A stretch of DNA of 64,000 nucleotides from Candidatus Latescibacterota bacterium (GCA_963422735.1 OY730476.1:576001-640000); one strand, 5' to 3'. Positions 28,446 through 38,989 are shown, counted from the stretch's first letter. Notes: generated from the letters alone by a model not told the origin. Made by a program: numbers and translations.

Positions 28446-29761
28446 TGGCGGACTCCAAAAGTTAGCTCTTCACGGGCTTGCTCAATCCGCACGTCCACGA
28501 ACTCGTTGGGCCCGGCCGGACCGGCGAAGAGAACCTTGACGTAGTTGTCGCTCAAGCCGATCTGCAAGCCGGTGGCTGGGTCTGGACGTCCTTCGGCGAG
28601 GACTTGGAGCGAACGGCCGACAAAGCGCTGGTGGAAGGCGAGTCGCTTGGCCGCGCCGAGGGCGATGAGTGCTTGGGCGCGCTCCTTTTTGACTGCAGCG
28701 TCTTGGTGTCTAGGCAGGCGCTCGGCCGGGGTACCTTCGCGCTGGGAGTACGAAAAGACGTGGAGATACGTCAGCGGCAGGTCGGCCAACAAGGCGCGGG
28801 TCTGGGCAAAATGCGCGTCGGTTTCCCCGGGGAAGCCGACCATGACGTCGGCACCAATGGCGCAATCGGGGATGCGGCTGGCGATCCGCTCAATCCGCTC
28901 GGCGTAATAGGCGCGGGTATAGCGCCGCCCCATGCGCTTGAGAATGTGGTCGTCGCCGCTTTGCAAAGGCACGTGGAAGTGGCGGCAGACTGCAAGGGAA
29001 GCTGCGGCTTGGTCGATCAGTGCGTCGGTGACATAACCCGGCTCAATGGAGTTGAGGCGGATGCGCTCCAAGCCGTCGATTTGCTCCAATGCTTCGAGCA
29101 GCCCAACGAGAGCTTCGGGCTGGCCTTGGTCGAACCCGTAGCGGCCCGTGTGGACGCCGGTCAGGGCGAGCTCGCGGTAGCCGGCCGCGACCATGCGCCG
29201 GGCTTGAGCGACGACTTCAGGGGCTGGGCGGCTCGCGCTGTGCCCGCGCACTGCCGGGATAATGCAATAGGTGCAGTGTTCGTCGCAGCCGTCTTGGATT
29301 TGCAGGCTGCCGCGCGTACGGCCTTGGGGCACTGCGCCGTCAATGACGAGAAATTGCTCGGTGCGTGGCCTCGTTGCCGAAGGCGCGGGGGGCGTGGCAC
29401 CCGCTAGATGCGCTTCGAGCAGCTCGACGAGTTGGGCCTTCTGGCCGTTGCCCACGACCAAGTCGGCACCGGCTGCTGCGAGGTCTGCTGGCCGCCGCTG
29501 GGCATAGCAGCCGGTGGCGACGATCTCCGCGCTTGGATTGCGCCGCCGGGCGCGGCGCACGGCCTTGCGCGAGTCCGCATCGCCCGCGCCGGTGACCGTA
29601 CAGGTATTGACCACGTACACGTCGGCCTCAGAGCTGAAGGGCACGATTGCGTAGCCGTGTTCGGTCAGGCGGTAGGTGAGGGCTTCTACCTCGTAGGCAT
29701 TGAGCTTGCAACCCACGTTTTGCAGGGCTACGCGCGTGTTTTCGGATGTTGGAGTGCTCAT
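28442..29761 (-). CDS. mtaB: tRNA (ms2t6A37) methylthiotransferase MtaB
   Basis: GCKLNAYE, NTCTVT, TGCYAQ, QDGCDEHCTYC, HVFSYS; start at MSTPTSE. Confidence 0.9.
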
Positions 29762-29835
29762 AAGTCGCGTCGCGAAAGGGAAATGAGATAAACAATAAAA
29801 ATTAAAGATCGGCCCTCTCTGGGGCAATGGGCCGC

Positions 29836-32046
29836 TTAGGCGGGTTCGAGCTGGGCGTACGCGACGGCAATGCGTTTGATCCGCGTCTGAAAGCGGATGG
29901 AGAGCTTCATCTTTTCGCCGTACCCTTCGCGGCTGACGATCTGGCCACGCCCCCATTGGGGGTGGCGCACCCACTGGCCAACGGCGAGGAAATCGTCTTG
30001 GGCGACAAACTCATCGAAGCCGGGCGACCGCTCGGCGTCCCACTCGTAGTGGACGCCTTGGGACGCCTTTTTGCGGCGCGGCGAGCCGATGCGCTGCCGC
30101 GAGCGGGCAAAGCCGTGGTCCAACTCGTAGCTCTGGGCCACGAGCTCGGCGGGAATTTCGCTTAAAAACCGCGAGGGTTCGGTTGAAAGCAGCGAGCCGT
30201 ACGCATAGCGGCGCAGGGCATAGGTGAGGCTGAGCTGCTCTTGCGCACGGGTCATGCCCACGTAGCAGAGCCGGCGCTCCTCTTCGATGGCTTGAGGATC
30301 ACCGACGGCCCGCGCCGTGGGAAAGAGGTTTTCTTCGAGACCGCAGACAAAGACCAAGGGGAACTCTAGGCCCTTGGCGCTGTGCAGGGTCATCAAGGTA
30401 ATGGCGTTGTCGCTGACGTCGCTTTCGTCCGCTGAGGTCAGCAGCGACTTTTCTTCGAGATAGGTCGCTAAAGTCGAGTCTGGGTTCGCGTCCGCGTACT
30501 CGGTCATCTCGGCCAATAGCTGGTCGAGATTCTGCAAGCGCGCTTCGGCTTCTGGGGTGTTTTCAGCCGCGAGCATTGCGCGGTACCCACTCTTTTCGAC
30601 GACTGCAAAGCCCAGTTCGGGCAAGGAACGCGCCGCGGTGGCTGCCATCAGCTCGCCGAGCAAGGCTGCGAAGGCTGCGAGGCTCTTTTGCGCACGGCCG
30701 CTAAGGCTGGGTACGTCGTCGAGGTGCTCAAACGCAGTGAAAAGGCTCCAGCCCTTGGCTTGGGCAAAAGCCTGCAAGCGGGCGAGGGAGGTGTCGCCAA
30801 TGCCGCGACGGGGCGTATTGACGATGCGGCGCAGGGCAATGTCGTCGGCCGGGTTGACCAACAGGCGCAAATAAGACAGCACGTCGCGAATTTCTCGGCG
30901 GTCGTAAAAGCGGATGCCCCCGACAATTACATAGGGGAGGCCGACGCGCTGTAGCTCTTCTTCAAAGGGCCGCGACTGGGCGTTGGTGCGGTAGAGCACC
31001 GCGGCGTCCCCGAGGCTGTAGCGGCCCAGGCGGTCGTAGCGGCGGATGGCATCGACCACGTGGCGGGCCTCGCGGCGGTCCGAGTCGCATTCGACGACCG
31101 AGACCGGGTCGCCTTCGGGGCCGTCCGTCCACAATTCTTTGCCCTTGCGGCCTTGGTTGTGGCTGATGACAGCGTTGGCCGCGGCGAGGATGCGGCCGGT
31201 GGAGCGGTAGTTTTGCTCCAGCCGCACGCTGCGGGCATCCGGGTAGTCGCGCTCAAAATCGAGGATGTTGCGAATGTCGGCACCGCGGAATTGGTAGATC
31301 GACTGGTCGTCGTCCCCGACCACGCAGATGTTGCGGTGGCGAGCTGCTAGCTGGCGGCAGAGCAAGTACTGGGGCCGGTTCGTGTCTTGGTATTCATCGA
31401 CGAGCAGGTGCTCAAAGCGCTCTTGGTAGGTTTGCAGAATGTCCGGGTGGCGGTCGAACTGGCGCACGACCTCAATGAGCAAGTCGTCGAAATCAAGGGC
31501 TTGGTTGCGGCGCAACTCGTGCTCATAGTCGGCATAGAGTTCGGCGATTTGCCGTTGGTTCTCGCTTGCTTGGTGCGCAAATTCCAACGGGTCGAGCATG
31601 GCGTTCTTGGCGCGGCTGATCTGGCTGGCGACAGCGCGTGGGGCAAGCTCGCGCTCATCGATCTGGTGGGCGTCGAGGACGCGGCGGATGGTAGCTCGGC
31701 GGTCGTCTTCGTCGTAGATGGAGAAATTGGGATCTAAACCAAATCCCTCGGCTTGGTGGCGCAGGATGCGCGCGCAGATTGAGTGAAAGGTGCCGATCCA
31801 TAACTCGGTAGCCGCCGAGCCGACTAACTGCTCGATGCGCTCGCGCATTTCGCCCGCGGCTTTGTTGGTAAAGGTCGCGGCGAGGATGCGCCACGGGGGC
31901 ACACCAACTTCTTTAATGAGGAAGGCGACTCGATGGGTGAGTACGCGGGTCTTGCCCGAGCCGGCCCCAGCGAGGATCAACAGGGGGCCGCCCGAGGCCT
32001 CGGCGGCCCGGCGTTGCGCTGGATTGAGGGCGTCTAGTATGGACAT
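29836..32046 (-). CDS. pcrA: ATP-dependent DNA helicase PcrA/UvrD
   Basis: AGAGSGKT, TFTNKAA, VDEYQD, GDDDQSIY, LEQNYRS, TLHSAKGLEF, EERRLCYVG, C-terminal Tudor-like domain. Confidence 0.93.
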   Translation of the reverse strand: MSILDALNPAQRRAAEASGGPLLILAGAGSGKTRVLTHRVAFLIKEVGVPPWRILAATFTNKAAGEMRERIEQLVGSAATELWIGTFHSICARILRHQAEGFGLDPNFSIYDEDDRRATIRRVLDAHQIDERELAPRAVASQISRAKNAMLDPLEFAHQASENQRQIAELYADYEHELRRNQALDFDDLLIEVVRQFDRHPDILQTYQERFEHLLVDEYQDTNRPQYLLCRQLAARHRNICVVGDDDQSIYQFRGADIRNILDFERDYPDARSVRLEQNYRSTGRILAAANAVISHNQGRKGKELWTDGPEGDPVSVVECDSDRREARHVVDAIRRYDRLGRYSLGDAAVLYRTNAQSRPFEEELQRVGLPYVIVGGIRFYDRREIRDVLSYLRLLVNPADDIALRRIVNTPRRGIGDTSLARLQAFAQAKGWSLFTAFEHLDDVPSLSGRAQKSLAAFAALLGELMAATAARSLPELGFAVVEKSGYRAMLAAENTPEAEARLQNLDQLLAEMTEYADANPDSTLATYLEEKSLLTSADESDVSDNAITLMTLHSAKGLEFPLVFVCGLEENLFPTARAVGDPQAIEEERRLCYVGMTRAQEQLSLTYALRRYAYGSLLSTEPSRFLSEIPAELVAQSYELDHGFARSRQRIGSPRRKKASQGVHYEWDAERSPGFDEFVAQDDFLAVGQWVRHPQWGRGQIVSREGYGEKMKLSIRFQTRIKRIAVAYAQLEPA

Positions 32047-32158
32047 TCAGTTAGTCTGTAAGTGCTGGGCTAGCTCGATCCGACGCTCGTGTAGCGCAGG
32101 TCTTGGATGGGTATTATCAGGGCGGTCAAGATGCCTTCAGGGTTACCGCCGCGAGTCG

Positions 32159-32365
32159 CTAAAGGTCGAGATCGTATGCGTCATCTTGCCACGAGACAAA
32201 GCCTATCGCAGCGATGACACAGGCCCCTAGCGCCAAAACGCCAAAGGCGATCAATCCCGCCCGATTCGCTCGATTGGAAGCTAGAGCCGTCATTAGAACC
32301 TCGCAGCCTTTAATCACTAGATAGAAGGCTAGCATATAGGTAATAATTTGCAACATCCCCGCCAT
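32159..32365 (-). CDS. small two-TM hypothetical membrane protein
   Basis: AAGGGG RBS; MAGMLQIITYMLAFYLVIKG...LIAFGVLALGACVIAAIGFV. Confidence 0.6.
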   Translation of the reverse strand: MAGMLQIITYMLAFYLVIKGCEVLMTALASNRANRAGLIAFGVLALGACVIAAIGFVSWQDDAYDLDL

Positions 32366-32427
32366 GCACTTACCCCTTGTTGGGTTTGGTTGGGTTTTGA
32401 GAGAATATAGCCGCAGGTCGTTGGGCA

Positions 32428-33453
32428 TCAATTCACGCGCTGGGCTAGCTTGATCCGGCGTTTGGCGCGCTCGTGTTCTTTGTTGGTGCGGCTGAAGATG
32501 TGGGTGCCGTCGCCGCGGGCGACGAAGTAGAGATATTCGGTTTCTGCCGGATAGAGCACAGCGAGAAGAGCCGTGCGGCCGGGGTTGCAGATGGGGCCGG
32601 GGGGCAGGCCGTGGTGGCGATACGTATTGAAGGGCGAATCCACTTCCAAGTCGGCATAGGTCAGCCGCCTCTTGTCCGTGCCGAGGGCGTAGTTGACCGT
32701 CGCACAGGATTCGAGGCGGCGATTGAGCTTGAGGCGGTGCTGGAAGACGCCGGAGATAATGGGCTGCTCCTCGACGGCCATCGCTTCGCGCTCAATGATC
32801 GAGGCGAGTGTTACGGCTTGGTGCAGCGAAAGGCCGCGAGCCTTGAGCCGCTGGCGCAGGGTGTCGGCAAATACGCGGTGAAATTGGTTGACCATGAGGG
32901 AAGCGATGGCGCGTTCATCGGCGTTTAGGTCGAAGAAGTACGTCTCGGGGAAGAGGTAGCCTTCAAGGGTGGACGCGGCCACCCCGAACTGGCGGATGAG
33001 GTGCGGGTCTTCGGTGGCAGCGATAAAGCGAGCCGAGTCGGCTACACCTGCAGCCTGTAGCTGGCCCGCGATCTGGTGGCGATTCAGGCCCTCGGGAATC
33101 GTTGCGGGTTGGGTTTGGATGGGGGCCTTGAGTAGGGATTGGGCCATGGCGGCTGTCGTGCCGGTGCCGTCGAGCTGATAGGTCCCCGCCTTGAGCTGAT
33201 GACCTAGGCCCTTGAGCCGGACGATCGAGGTAAAGACATGCGCGTTCTGGATCAGGTTTTCCCGCTCTAGCAACTGGCCGATCCAGCCAGCGCTCGCACC
33301 CTGCGGAATGTGGATCAGGCGCGCCGGGTATTCGTAGGTAGGTAGGTTCAAATACCACACCGCCCCAAGCGGCAACACCGCCCCCACCAGTGCAATAGCT
33401 GCGCCGAGTAAGAGCGCGCGGAGCCAGTGTGCAGACTTGGCTTGAGTTGACAT
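32428..33453 (-). CDS. mltG: endolytic transglycosylase MltG
   Basis: N-terminal TM, TIPEG, LEGYLFPETY, ASIIERE, SPFNTY, GLPPGPICNPG, LYFVA. Confidence 0.93.
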   Translation of the reverse strand: MSTQAKSAHWLRALLLGAAIALVGAVLPLGAVWYLNLPTYEYPARLIHIPQGASAGWIGQLLERENLIQNAHVFTSIVRLKGLGHQLKAGTYQLDGTGTTAAMAQSLLKAPIQTQPATIPEGLNRHQIAGQLQAAGVADSARFIAATEDPHLIRQFGVAASTLEGYLFPETYFFDLNADERAIASLMVNQFHRVFADTLRQRLKARGLSLHQAVTLASIIEREAMAVEEQPIISGVFQHRLKLNRRLESCATVNYALGTDKRRLTYADLEVDSPFNTYRHHGLPPGPICNPGRTALLAVLYPAETEYLYFVARGDGTHIFSRTNKEHERAKRRIKLAQRVN

Positions 33454-33602
33454 ACTGTAGGCCCTACTAAAATGACTAGAGTGTGTCGAGTTCGCGCCTA
33501 TCCATAGAGAACACAAGCTGCGAGCGCAACGTAAGGTCTAGCAGAAGAAAGTATGGATCGGGAATTTTTTTTACAACCAAGGCTGAGAATAAAAGCCTAG
33601 TA

Positions 33603-33678
33603 AGATTATGCGAAAAGGCAGTCAGTGTCAATCTGCGTCTGCCTCTTTCTTGACGCTAACGGGGAATCCGGTTAATTT
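33603..33678. promoter_or_regulatory. divergent sigma70-type promoters (mltG and ABC operon)
   Basis: Minus: TTGACA(33631-33626)-17-TAATCT. Plus: TTGACG(33650)-17-TAATTT. Confidence 0.5.
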
Positions 33679-33736
33679 CCCAGTTTTTTGTCTTGTCGCC
33701 TCAACACACCCTGCTTCCGGTTGCAGGAGATTTCCG

Positions 33737-34690
33737 TTGGACTCCCAAGTAATCATCAGCATTTCTCAGCTTTCCCACGTCTATGCGGGTACGCGCAAGA
33801 AAGCTGGCCGCCGTGCGCTCCACGAGATTGATCTCGACATCCGCTCCGGGGAGACAATGGCCCTATTGGGGCCTAATGGCAGCGGTAAATCCACGCTTCT
33901 GCGCATATTGACCACTGCACTGATGCCCACTTCGGGTGCGGTGCGAGTCGGCGGTGCGCTCTTGGGGCGAGATCCGTCTGCGGTGCGCCGCCAATTGGGG
34001 GTCGTCTTTCAAGAGCCGGCACTCGACGGGAAATTGACAGTCGGCGAAAACTTGCGGACGGCGGGGTTGCTCTATGACATGGGCCGTCGCGCCGTGCGCC
34101 AGCGCAGCCAACAGTTGCTGGAGACCGTCGGCTTGTGGGAGCGGCGCAACGAGCGGGTGGAGAAGCTGTCTGGAGGCCTGCGGAGGCGCGTAGAATTGGC
34201 CAAAGCGCTGCTGCCGACACCGGCCATTCTCGTACTCGACGAGCCGACGGCCGGGTTGGACCCAGTCGCGCGCCAGGATTTCTGGCACCAAGTGGAGGAA
34301 CTCAAAGCGGACGAACAGCTCACGGTTGTGGTCTCGACTCACCTCTTAGACGAAGCCGAGCGCACGGACCGAGTCGCCATTTTGCACCAAGGACAATTGC
34401 TCGTCTGCGGTCCCCCAAGGGTCTTACAGCGCCAATTGGGGCGCGAAATCCTCACGCTGCGCAGCGACGATGCGACCGCGCTGCAAACCGCCCTGCGCTG
34501 CGCCATGGGCCTAGAGGGCCTAGTTGTCGATCAAGACTTGCGCGTCCCGCTCAAGAGCGACATCAGCCTCGACGAGGTCTTCCAGCGCTTCGGCTCCCAG
34601 ATCCGCTCGCTGTCGTTGGCTCCTCCCTCTCTCGACGATGTGTTCGTGCGCCACACCGGCCAGCACCTCGCGGAGGGAAACGCCGCTTGA
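33737..34690 (+). CDS. ABC-2 type transporter ATP-binding protein
   Basis: GPNGSGKST, LSGG, LDEPT, STH; TTG start after AGGAG. Confidence 0.9.
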   Translation: MDSQVIISISQLSHVYAGTRKKAGRRALHEIDLDIRSGETMALLGPNGSGKSTLLRILTTALMPTSGAVRVGGALLGRDPSAVRRQLGVVFQEPALDGKLTVGENLRTAGLLYDMGRRAVRQRSQQLLETVGLWERRNERVEKLSGGLRRRVELAKALLPTPAILVLDEPTAGLDPVARQDFWHQVEELKADEQLTVVVSTHLLDEAERTDRVAILHQGQLLVCGPPRVLQRQLGREILTLRSDDATALQTALRCAMGLEGLVVDQDLRVPLKSDISLDEVFQRFGSQIRSLSLAPPSLDDVFVRHTGQHLAEGNAA

Positions 34691-35451
34691 ACGGCGTCTG
34701 GATTCTGGCCCAGCGCGAAGTGCTGCGCTTTTTTCGTCAGCCCTCTCGGCTCTTGGGGAGCTTGGTACAGCCACTGATGCTGTGGTTTTTCATGAGCTCG
34801 GGTTTTGTCGATAGCTTCATCAGCGGGGACCGCGAGTTGAGCTACGGAGAATTCTTCTATCCGGGCATCGTGCTGCTGATTCTGCTATTCGCGGCGATTT
34901 TTTCTACAATCACCCTCATCGAAGACCGCAGCGTCGGCTTTTTGCAAGGCGTGCTAGTGGCTCCGGTGCCGCGCCTGAGCGTGGCGTTGGGCAAGCTAAT
35001 CGGCGGTACGCTCATCGCTCTCTTGCAGGTGCTTGTGTTTTTGCTGCTGGCTCCGGTGGCCGGTATTGGCTTGGCAGTGGAGATGATCTTGGTACTCTTA
35101 GTCCTCTGTGCGCTGATCGGCATGGGCTTCACGGGTTTGGGCTTTGTGGTCGCGTGGAAGTTGGATTCAGTGGCTGGCTACCACGCGGTGATGAGCGTCG
35201 TTCTCATCCCCTTGTGGTTTCTTTCCGGTGCGCTCTTTCCCGTTGGAGGGGCCGCGCCTTGGCTCGAGTGGGTGATGCAGTGCAACCCTGTGACCTACGC
35301 GCTGGTCGTTTTGCGCAAGGCGTTCTACTTGGCGCCGGCCCAACTGATAGCCGATGCGGCGTTTGTGCGCGCCCTGTTAGTCACCAGTGGCTGGGCGGTG
35401 CTGACGACCACTGGGGCCGCTTGGATGGTGGCCCGCAGTCGCGGCCCCTGA
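34687..35451 (+). CDS. ABC-2 type transporter permease
   Basis: REVLRFFR, PGIV, EDR..GFLQGVLVAPV, FLSGALFP, NPVTY; TTGA overlap. Confidence 0.9.
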   Translation: MNGVWILAQREVLRFFRQPSRLLGSLVQPLMLWFFMSSGFVDSFISGDRELSYGEFFYPGIVLLILLFAAIFSTITLIEDRSVGFLQGVLVAPVPRLSVALGKLIGGTLIALLQVLVFLLLAPVAGIGLAVEMILVLLVLCALIGMGFTGLGFVVAWKLDSVAGYHAVMSVVLIPLWFLSGALFPVGGAAPWLEWVMQCNPVTYALVVLRKAFYLAPAQLIADAAFVRALLVTSGWAVLTTTGAAWMVARSRGP

Positions 35452-35453
35452 TT

Positions 35454-35867
35454 TCAGAGCTGATAGAGCATTAGATAGACCACCACGCCGCTAATCGAGA
35501 CAAAGATCCACGCCGGCCAGACCCAGCGGGCCAACCGCCGATGGCGGGCGAAATCTTGGTTGTAAGCGCGCCAGACGACGAGCCCTACAAAGGGGGCTAT
35601 TAACGCGGCGAGGACTACGTGGGGTATGAGCACGGCGAAGTACAAAAGGCGGGTCCAGTCGTGATGGGGATAGGGCACCGAGCCCACCTGAAAGTGGTAA
35701 ACCAAATACGAACAGAGGAAGAGCGCGGAGCAGACGAGGGCGGCCAGCATGGACTTTTGGTGGGCTTGGCGCGCGCCGCGGCGGATCTGCAGGAAGCCGC
35801 GTACGAGCAAAAGCGCACACAAAGTGTTGAGGCAAGCGTTTAGCGTGGGGAGATCTAGAACAGACAC
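35454..35867 (-). CDS. DUF420 family membrane protein
   Basis: LPTLNACLN, AHQKSM, FLCSYLVYH, RHRRLAR, SGVVVYLMLY. Confidence 0.88.
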   Translation of the reverse strand: MSVLDLPTLNACLNTLCALLLVRGFLQIRRGARQAHQKSMLAALVCSALFLCSYLVYHFQVGSVPYPHHDWTRLLYFAVLIPHVVLAALIAPFVGLVVWRAYNQDFARHRRLARWVWPAWIFVSISGVVVYLMLYQL

Positions 35868-35894
35868 AGGCTGAGCGGGAAGGAGAGTAGCGTA

Positions 35895-35929
35895 AACGAG
35901 GGCTTGCGACTAATGCACAAGCCCTCGTT
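35895..35929 (-). terminator. hairpin downstream of the tRNA
   Basis: AACGAGGGCTTG-loop-CAAGCCCTCGTT perfect 12-bp stem. Confidence 0.65.
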
Positions 35930-35935
35930 GTGTTG

Positions 35936-36011
35936 TGGAGCCGCCACCCGGAGTTGAACCGGGGACCTACTCATTACGAGTGAGTTGCTCTACCAGCTGA
36001 GCTATGGCGGC
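35936..36011 (-). tRNA. tRNA-Thr(CGT)
   Basis: GCCGCCATAGCTCAGCTGGTAGAGCAACTCACTCGTAATGAGTAGGTCCCCGGTTCAACTCCGGGTGGCGGCTCCA; 76 nt, anticodon CGT, encoded CCA. Confidence 0.96.
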
Positions 36012-36026
36012 TATGATATGAAGGAA

Positions 36027-36055
36027 AAACTAGGCGGGACCAGCTACGGTGTCAA
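36027..36055 (-). promoter_or_regulatory. sigma70 promoter of tRNA-Thr
   Basis: TTGACA-17-TAGTTT just upstream of the tRNA. Confidence 0.65.
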
Positions 36056-36080
36056 GAGCCGTCCCGGTCTGCACTACGCA

Positions 36081-37295
36081 TTAAAAGAAGTTGAATAGTT
36101 TGCCCAGCGCGTGGGCAAAGCCGTTGCGGGGTCGGTCGGCGTCGTGGGACTCGACCGGTGCTCTGTGTTCGTTGGCGACAAAGCGCAACAGGCCGACCGC
36201 GGTAGCATAGCTGGGGTCGCTGACCGTGGCTGGGGCGATCACGTCTTGGGGGATGCCAACGCGGACGTGGTGGCCGAGGACCTCTTCGGCGAGCGGCGCG
36301 ATCTGGTCGAGCGAGGCTCCGCCGCCGGTGAGCACGATGCCGGCAGACAAGCGGTCGTTGTAGGAGGTATCGACGAGGGCTTGGCGCACGTATTCAAAAA
36401 TCTCGCGCTGCCGGGCTTCGATGATCGCGCTGACCTGCTGCCGGGTTAAGGAACAGGCACGGCCGGCGGTAGTGTGGTACGTGACGGTTTGGTCGCCGTC
36501 TTCCCCGGGACAGCTAACGCTGCCAAAGCGGCATTTGAGCTGCTCGGCTTCGCGGATTGGGATGCTCAAGACGACTGAGATATCTCGCGTTATATCGTCG
36601 CTGCCGAGTGGAATTTCCCCTACGTGTCGCAGCGGACCTAGGAACACGGCTAGATCGCAGGTGCCGGCACCAAGGTCGAGCAGGGCCACGCCCATGTCTC
36701 GTTCATCTTGGGACAAGGTGGCGTGGGCAGCGCCGACACTTTCGAGGACTACGCCGGCGATCTCAACGCCGGCTTTGGAGGCGGCGTGGCGAAAGGCCGT
36801 GCATAGATGTTCGGCCACGGAAACGGTTAGCACCTCGATCGACAGGCGATTGCCGTGCAGCCAGAGCGGGTTTTGTACCGGCTCGTCATCGACGGCATAG
36901 CTCTGGACGAAGCGATGCATCACCGTTTGGTCCTCGACGACCTGTTCCTGCGCGACGGCGAGTAGGGCGCGGTCCCGATCCTCTTCGGAAATGGGGTTGG
37001 AGGAGCCGGAGATACCTACCGTGTTGTAACTTTTCCGGGCGCTGATGCCTTCGCCGGCCATGCCGAGATAGGCCCCGGCAATTTTGAGGCCGATCGAGCG
37101 CTCGGCTTCGGCGAGAGCCGTGTGGATCGACTCTGCTACTTGGGGCATGTCGATGACGGCACTGCGGCGCAGACCGGTGCAGGGGCTGTGCCCTAGGCCC
37201 AAAATCTTGACTTGAGAATTGTTCTGCACCTCGCCGACTAGGCATAGAACTTTTGATGCACCAACATCGAGAACGACGACGGGGGATCCAGCCAT
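36081..37295 (-). CDS. ftsA: cell division protein FtsA
   Basis: LDVGASKV, LDLGAGT, LTGGGA, YATAVGLL, C-terminal amphipathic helix FAHALGKLFNFF. Confidence 0.9.
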   Translation of the reverse strand: MAGSPVVVLDVGASKVLCLVGEVQNNSQVKILGLGHSPCTGLRRSAVIDMPQVAESIHTALAEAERSIGLKIAGAYLGMAGEGISARKSYNTVGISGSSNPISEEDRDRALLAVAQEQVVEDQTVMHRFVQSYAVDDEPVQNPLWLHGNRLSIEVLTVSVAEHLCTAFRHAASKAGVEIAGVVLESVGAAHATLSQDERDMGVALLDLGAGTCDLAVFLGPLRHVGEIPLGSDDITRDISVVLSIPIREAEQLKCRFGSVSCPGEDGDQTVTYHTTAGRACSLTRQQVSAIIEARQREIFEYVRQALVDTSYNDRLSAGIVLTGGGASLDQIAPLAEEVLGHHVRVGIPQDVIAPATVSDPSYATAVGLLRFVANEHRAPVESHDADRPRNGFAHALGKLFNFF

Positions 37296-37500
37296 AGTTG
37301 GCGTACCTTCTTTCTAAGCGCAGCCGCAAAATGCAGCGCAGTAGTCTAGGTGGATACGTACTGAGAGGGGAGAATGCTATCGCCTAGCGGCGGCGATGCG
37401 ACGGATTGAGGTGCTCGACCCCAAATTACTAGTGCTTACAACGCCAGACAAAGGGGGAAGTCGGCTCACCGTAAACACTTAATTAAGTAAGGATGATGGA

Positions 37501-37583
37501 AGAATAGGAAAGCCGCCGGAGAAAGTCAAGCCCACCGGAGGGCTGGGGCTGGCCTTGACTGGGCCAAGGCCAGCGCCTAAGAT
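37501..37583. promoter_or_regulatory. divergent sigma70 promoters for ftsA and ssb
   Basis: Minus: TTGACT(37529-37524)-17-TATTCT. Plus: TTGACT(37555)-17-TAAGAT. Confidence 0.6.
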
Positions 37584-37650
37584 AAGCGAAATCGCGAACA
37601 TTAATGGGTGTGTTCGCGCTTGCGGCGCACCCGCAAAAAGGAGCGAATAT

Positions 37651-38139
37651 ATGGCCCGTGGGATAAACAAAGTAATCTTGATCGGCAATTTGGGCAGCGA
37701 CCCCGAAGTGCGCTACACGCCAAATGGAGCACCCGTAGCCAATTTCAGCTTGGCCACCTCTGAAAGCTGGAACGACCGCAATACGGGCGAGCGCCAAGAG
37801 CGGACCGAATGGCACCGGCTCGTGCTTTGGAGCAAGCTGGCCGAGATCGCCGGGCAGTACCTCAAAAAGGGTGCCAAAATCTATGTCGAAGGCAGGTTGC
37901 AGACCCGTTCTTGGGACGACCAGAGCGGCCAGAAGCGCTATGCGACCGAGGTCGTGGTCAACGACATGCAGATGCTCGATTCTCGCGGCGAGGGCGGTGG
38001 CAGTGGCAGTGGCAGTGGCGGCAGAGATGCCGGCTACAATCCGTCCGGCGATCCGTCCGGCGGGCAAAACGTCGGCCCAGCCGCCCAGCCCGCCGCACCT
38101 CCGCCGCCGTCGGGCGACGACGACGACCTGCCGTTCTAA
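37651..38139 (+). CDS. ssb: single-stranded DNA-binding protein
   Basis: [30 protein letters not shown], acidic tail DDDLPF. Confidence 0.96.
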   Translation: MARGINKVILIGNLGSDPEVRYTPNGAPVANFSLATSESWNDRNTGERQERTEWHRLVLWSKLAEIAGQYLKKGAKIYVEGRLQTRSWDDQSGQKRYATEVVVNDMQMLDSRGEGGGSGSGSGGRDAGYNPSGDPSGGQNVGPAAQPAAPPPPSGDDDDLPF

Positions 38140-38142
38140 AGT

Positions 38143-38989
38143 TTGGCGGGCAGTTTCTTCCACTTGTGGCTGGCCGAGCAGGTCTTTCCCCTAGTTTTTG
38201 GCGACTGCGCGGGCGAAGGGGAACTGCGATCGGCCTTTGCCGCTGGTTCCGTAGGCCCGGATATCGGTTTTTTCCCCGGCGGCCCGGCGGCCTTGTCGCA
38301 TCGAGTACATCTGGAGCACTGCGGCGACTTTTTGCGGGCCCTAACCCAAGAGACTGCCAGTGCTAGCGAGCGGGCGTTTGCAGCGGGTTGGGGGCTTCAC
38401 GTCTATACGGATATGGCTTTGCATCCTTGGGTTGAGGCCCGCGTGGCTGCATTGCTCCGCGAGGGTATCCAGCCGGTCGCGCCTGATTTGTGGCACCTGC
38501 GCTTGGAATGGGGGATTGATTGCCGCTTGCTGGCCGGCGAGGGGATGGACGGGCTGTGGAGTGCGCGATTGCACTTTCCCCGCCGCGCTGATGGCCGCAG
38601 CTTGCTGGGGGAAGTAGGGCAGGCTTTCTACGGTCGAGATGCCGACGAGAGCTTGCTGGAACGGGGGGAGGAGGCCACCGCCTGGTGGCTGCAGCGAATT
38701 CCCAAAATCCTCTGGTGGGGAGGGCACATCCGCGTGGCCGGACGCCGCCCCAATCCCCTGTGTACATTGGCTTTTGCCCACCTAGGGCGCAAGGTCCTCG
38801 GGGATTGGCTCCAGCACTGGGCGCGCTTTAAGGATGGCGCGGCTTTGGCCCGTCCGCTGTTGCCTTCAGACCAAGTCTACGAGAAGGTCGTCAGGCTGGG
38901 CGAGTCGGCTGTGGAAAGGTTTTGCCACGGGTTTGACGAGGGCTTCTCCCAATTGGGCAATCCCGATTTATACACGGGCAAAGCAGGCG

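Noticed and set aside
35936-36011. tRNA-Thr as an integration site
   Set aside because: No integrase nearby and I saw no duplicated tRNA 3' end in the window.
37995-38065. GGCAGT and CCGTCCGGCG short tandem repeats
   Set aside because: Ordinary Gly/Ser/Pro linker of the SSB tail, in frame.
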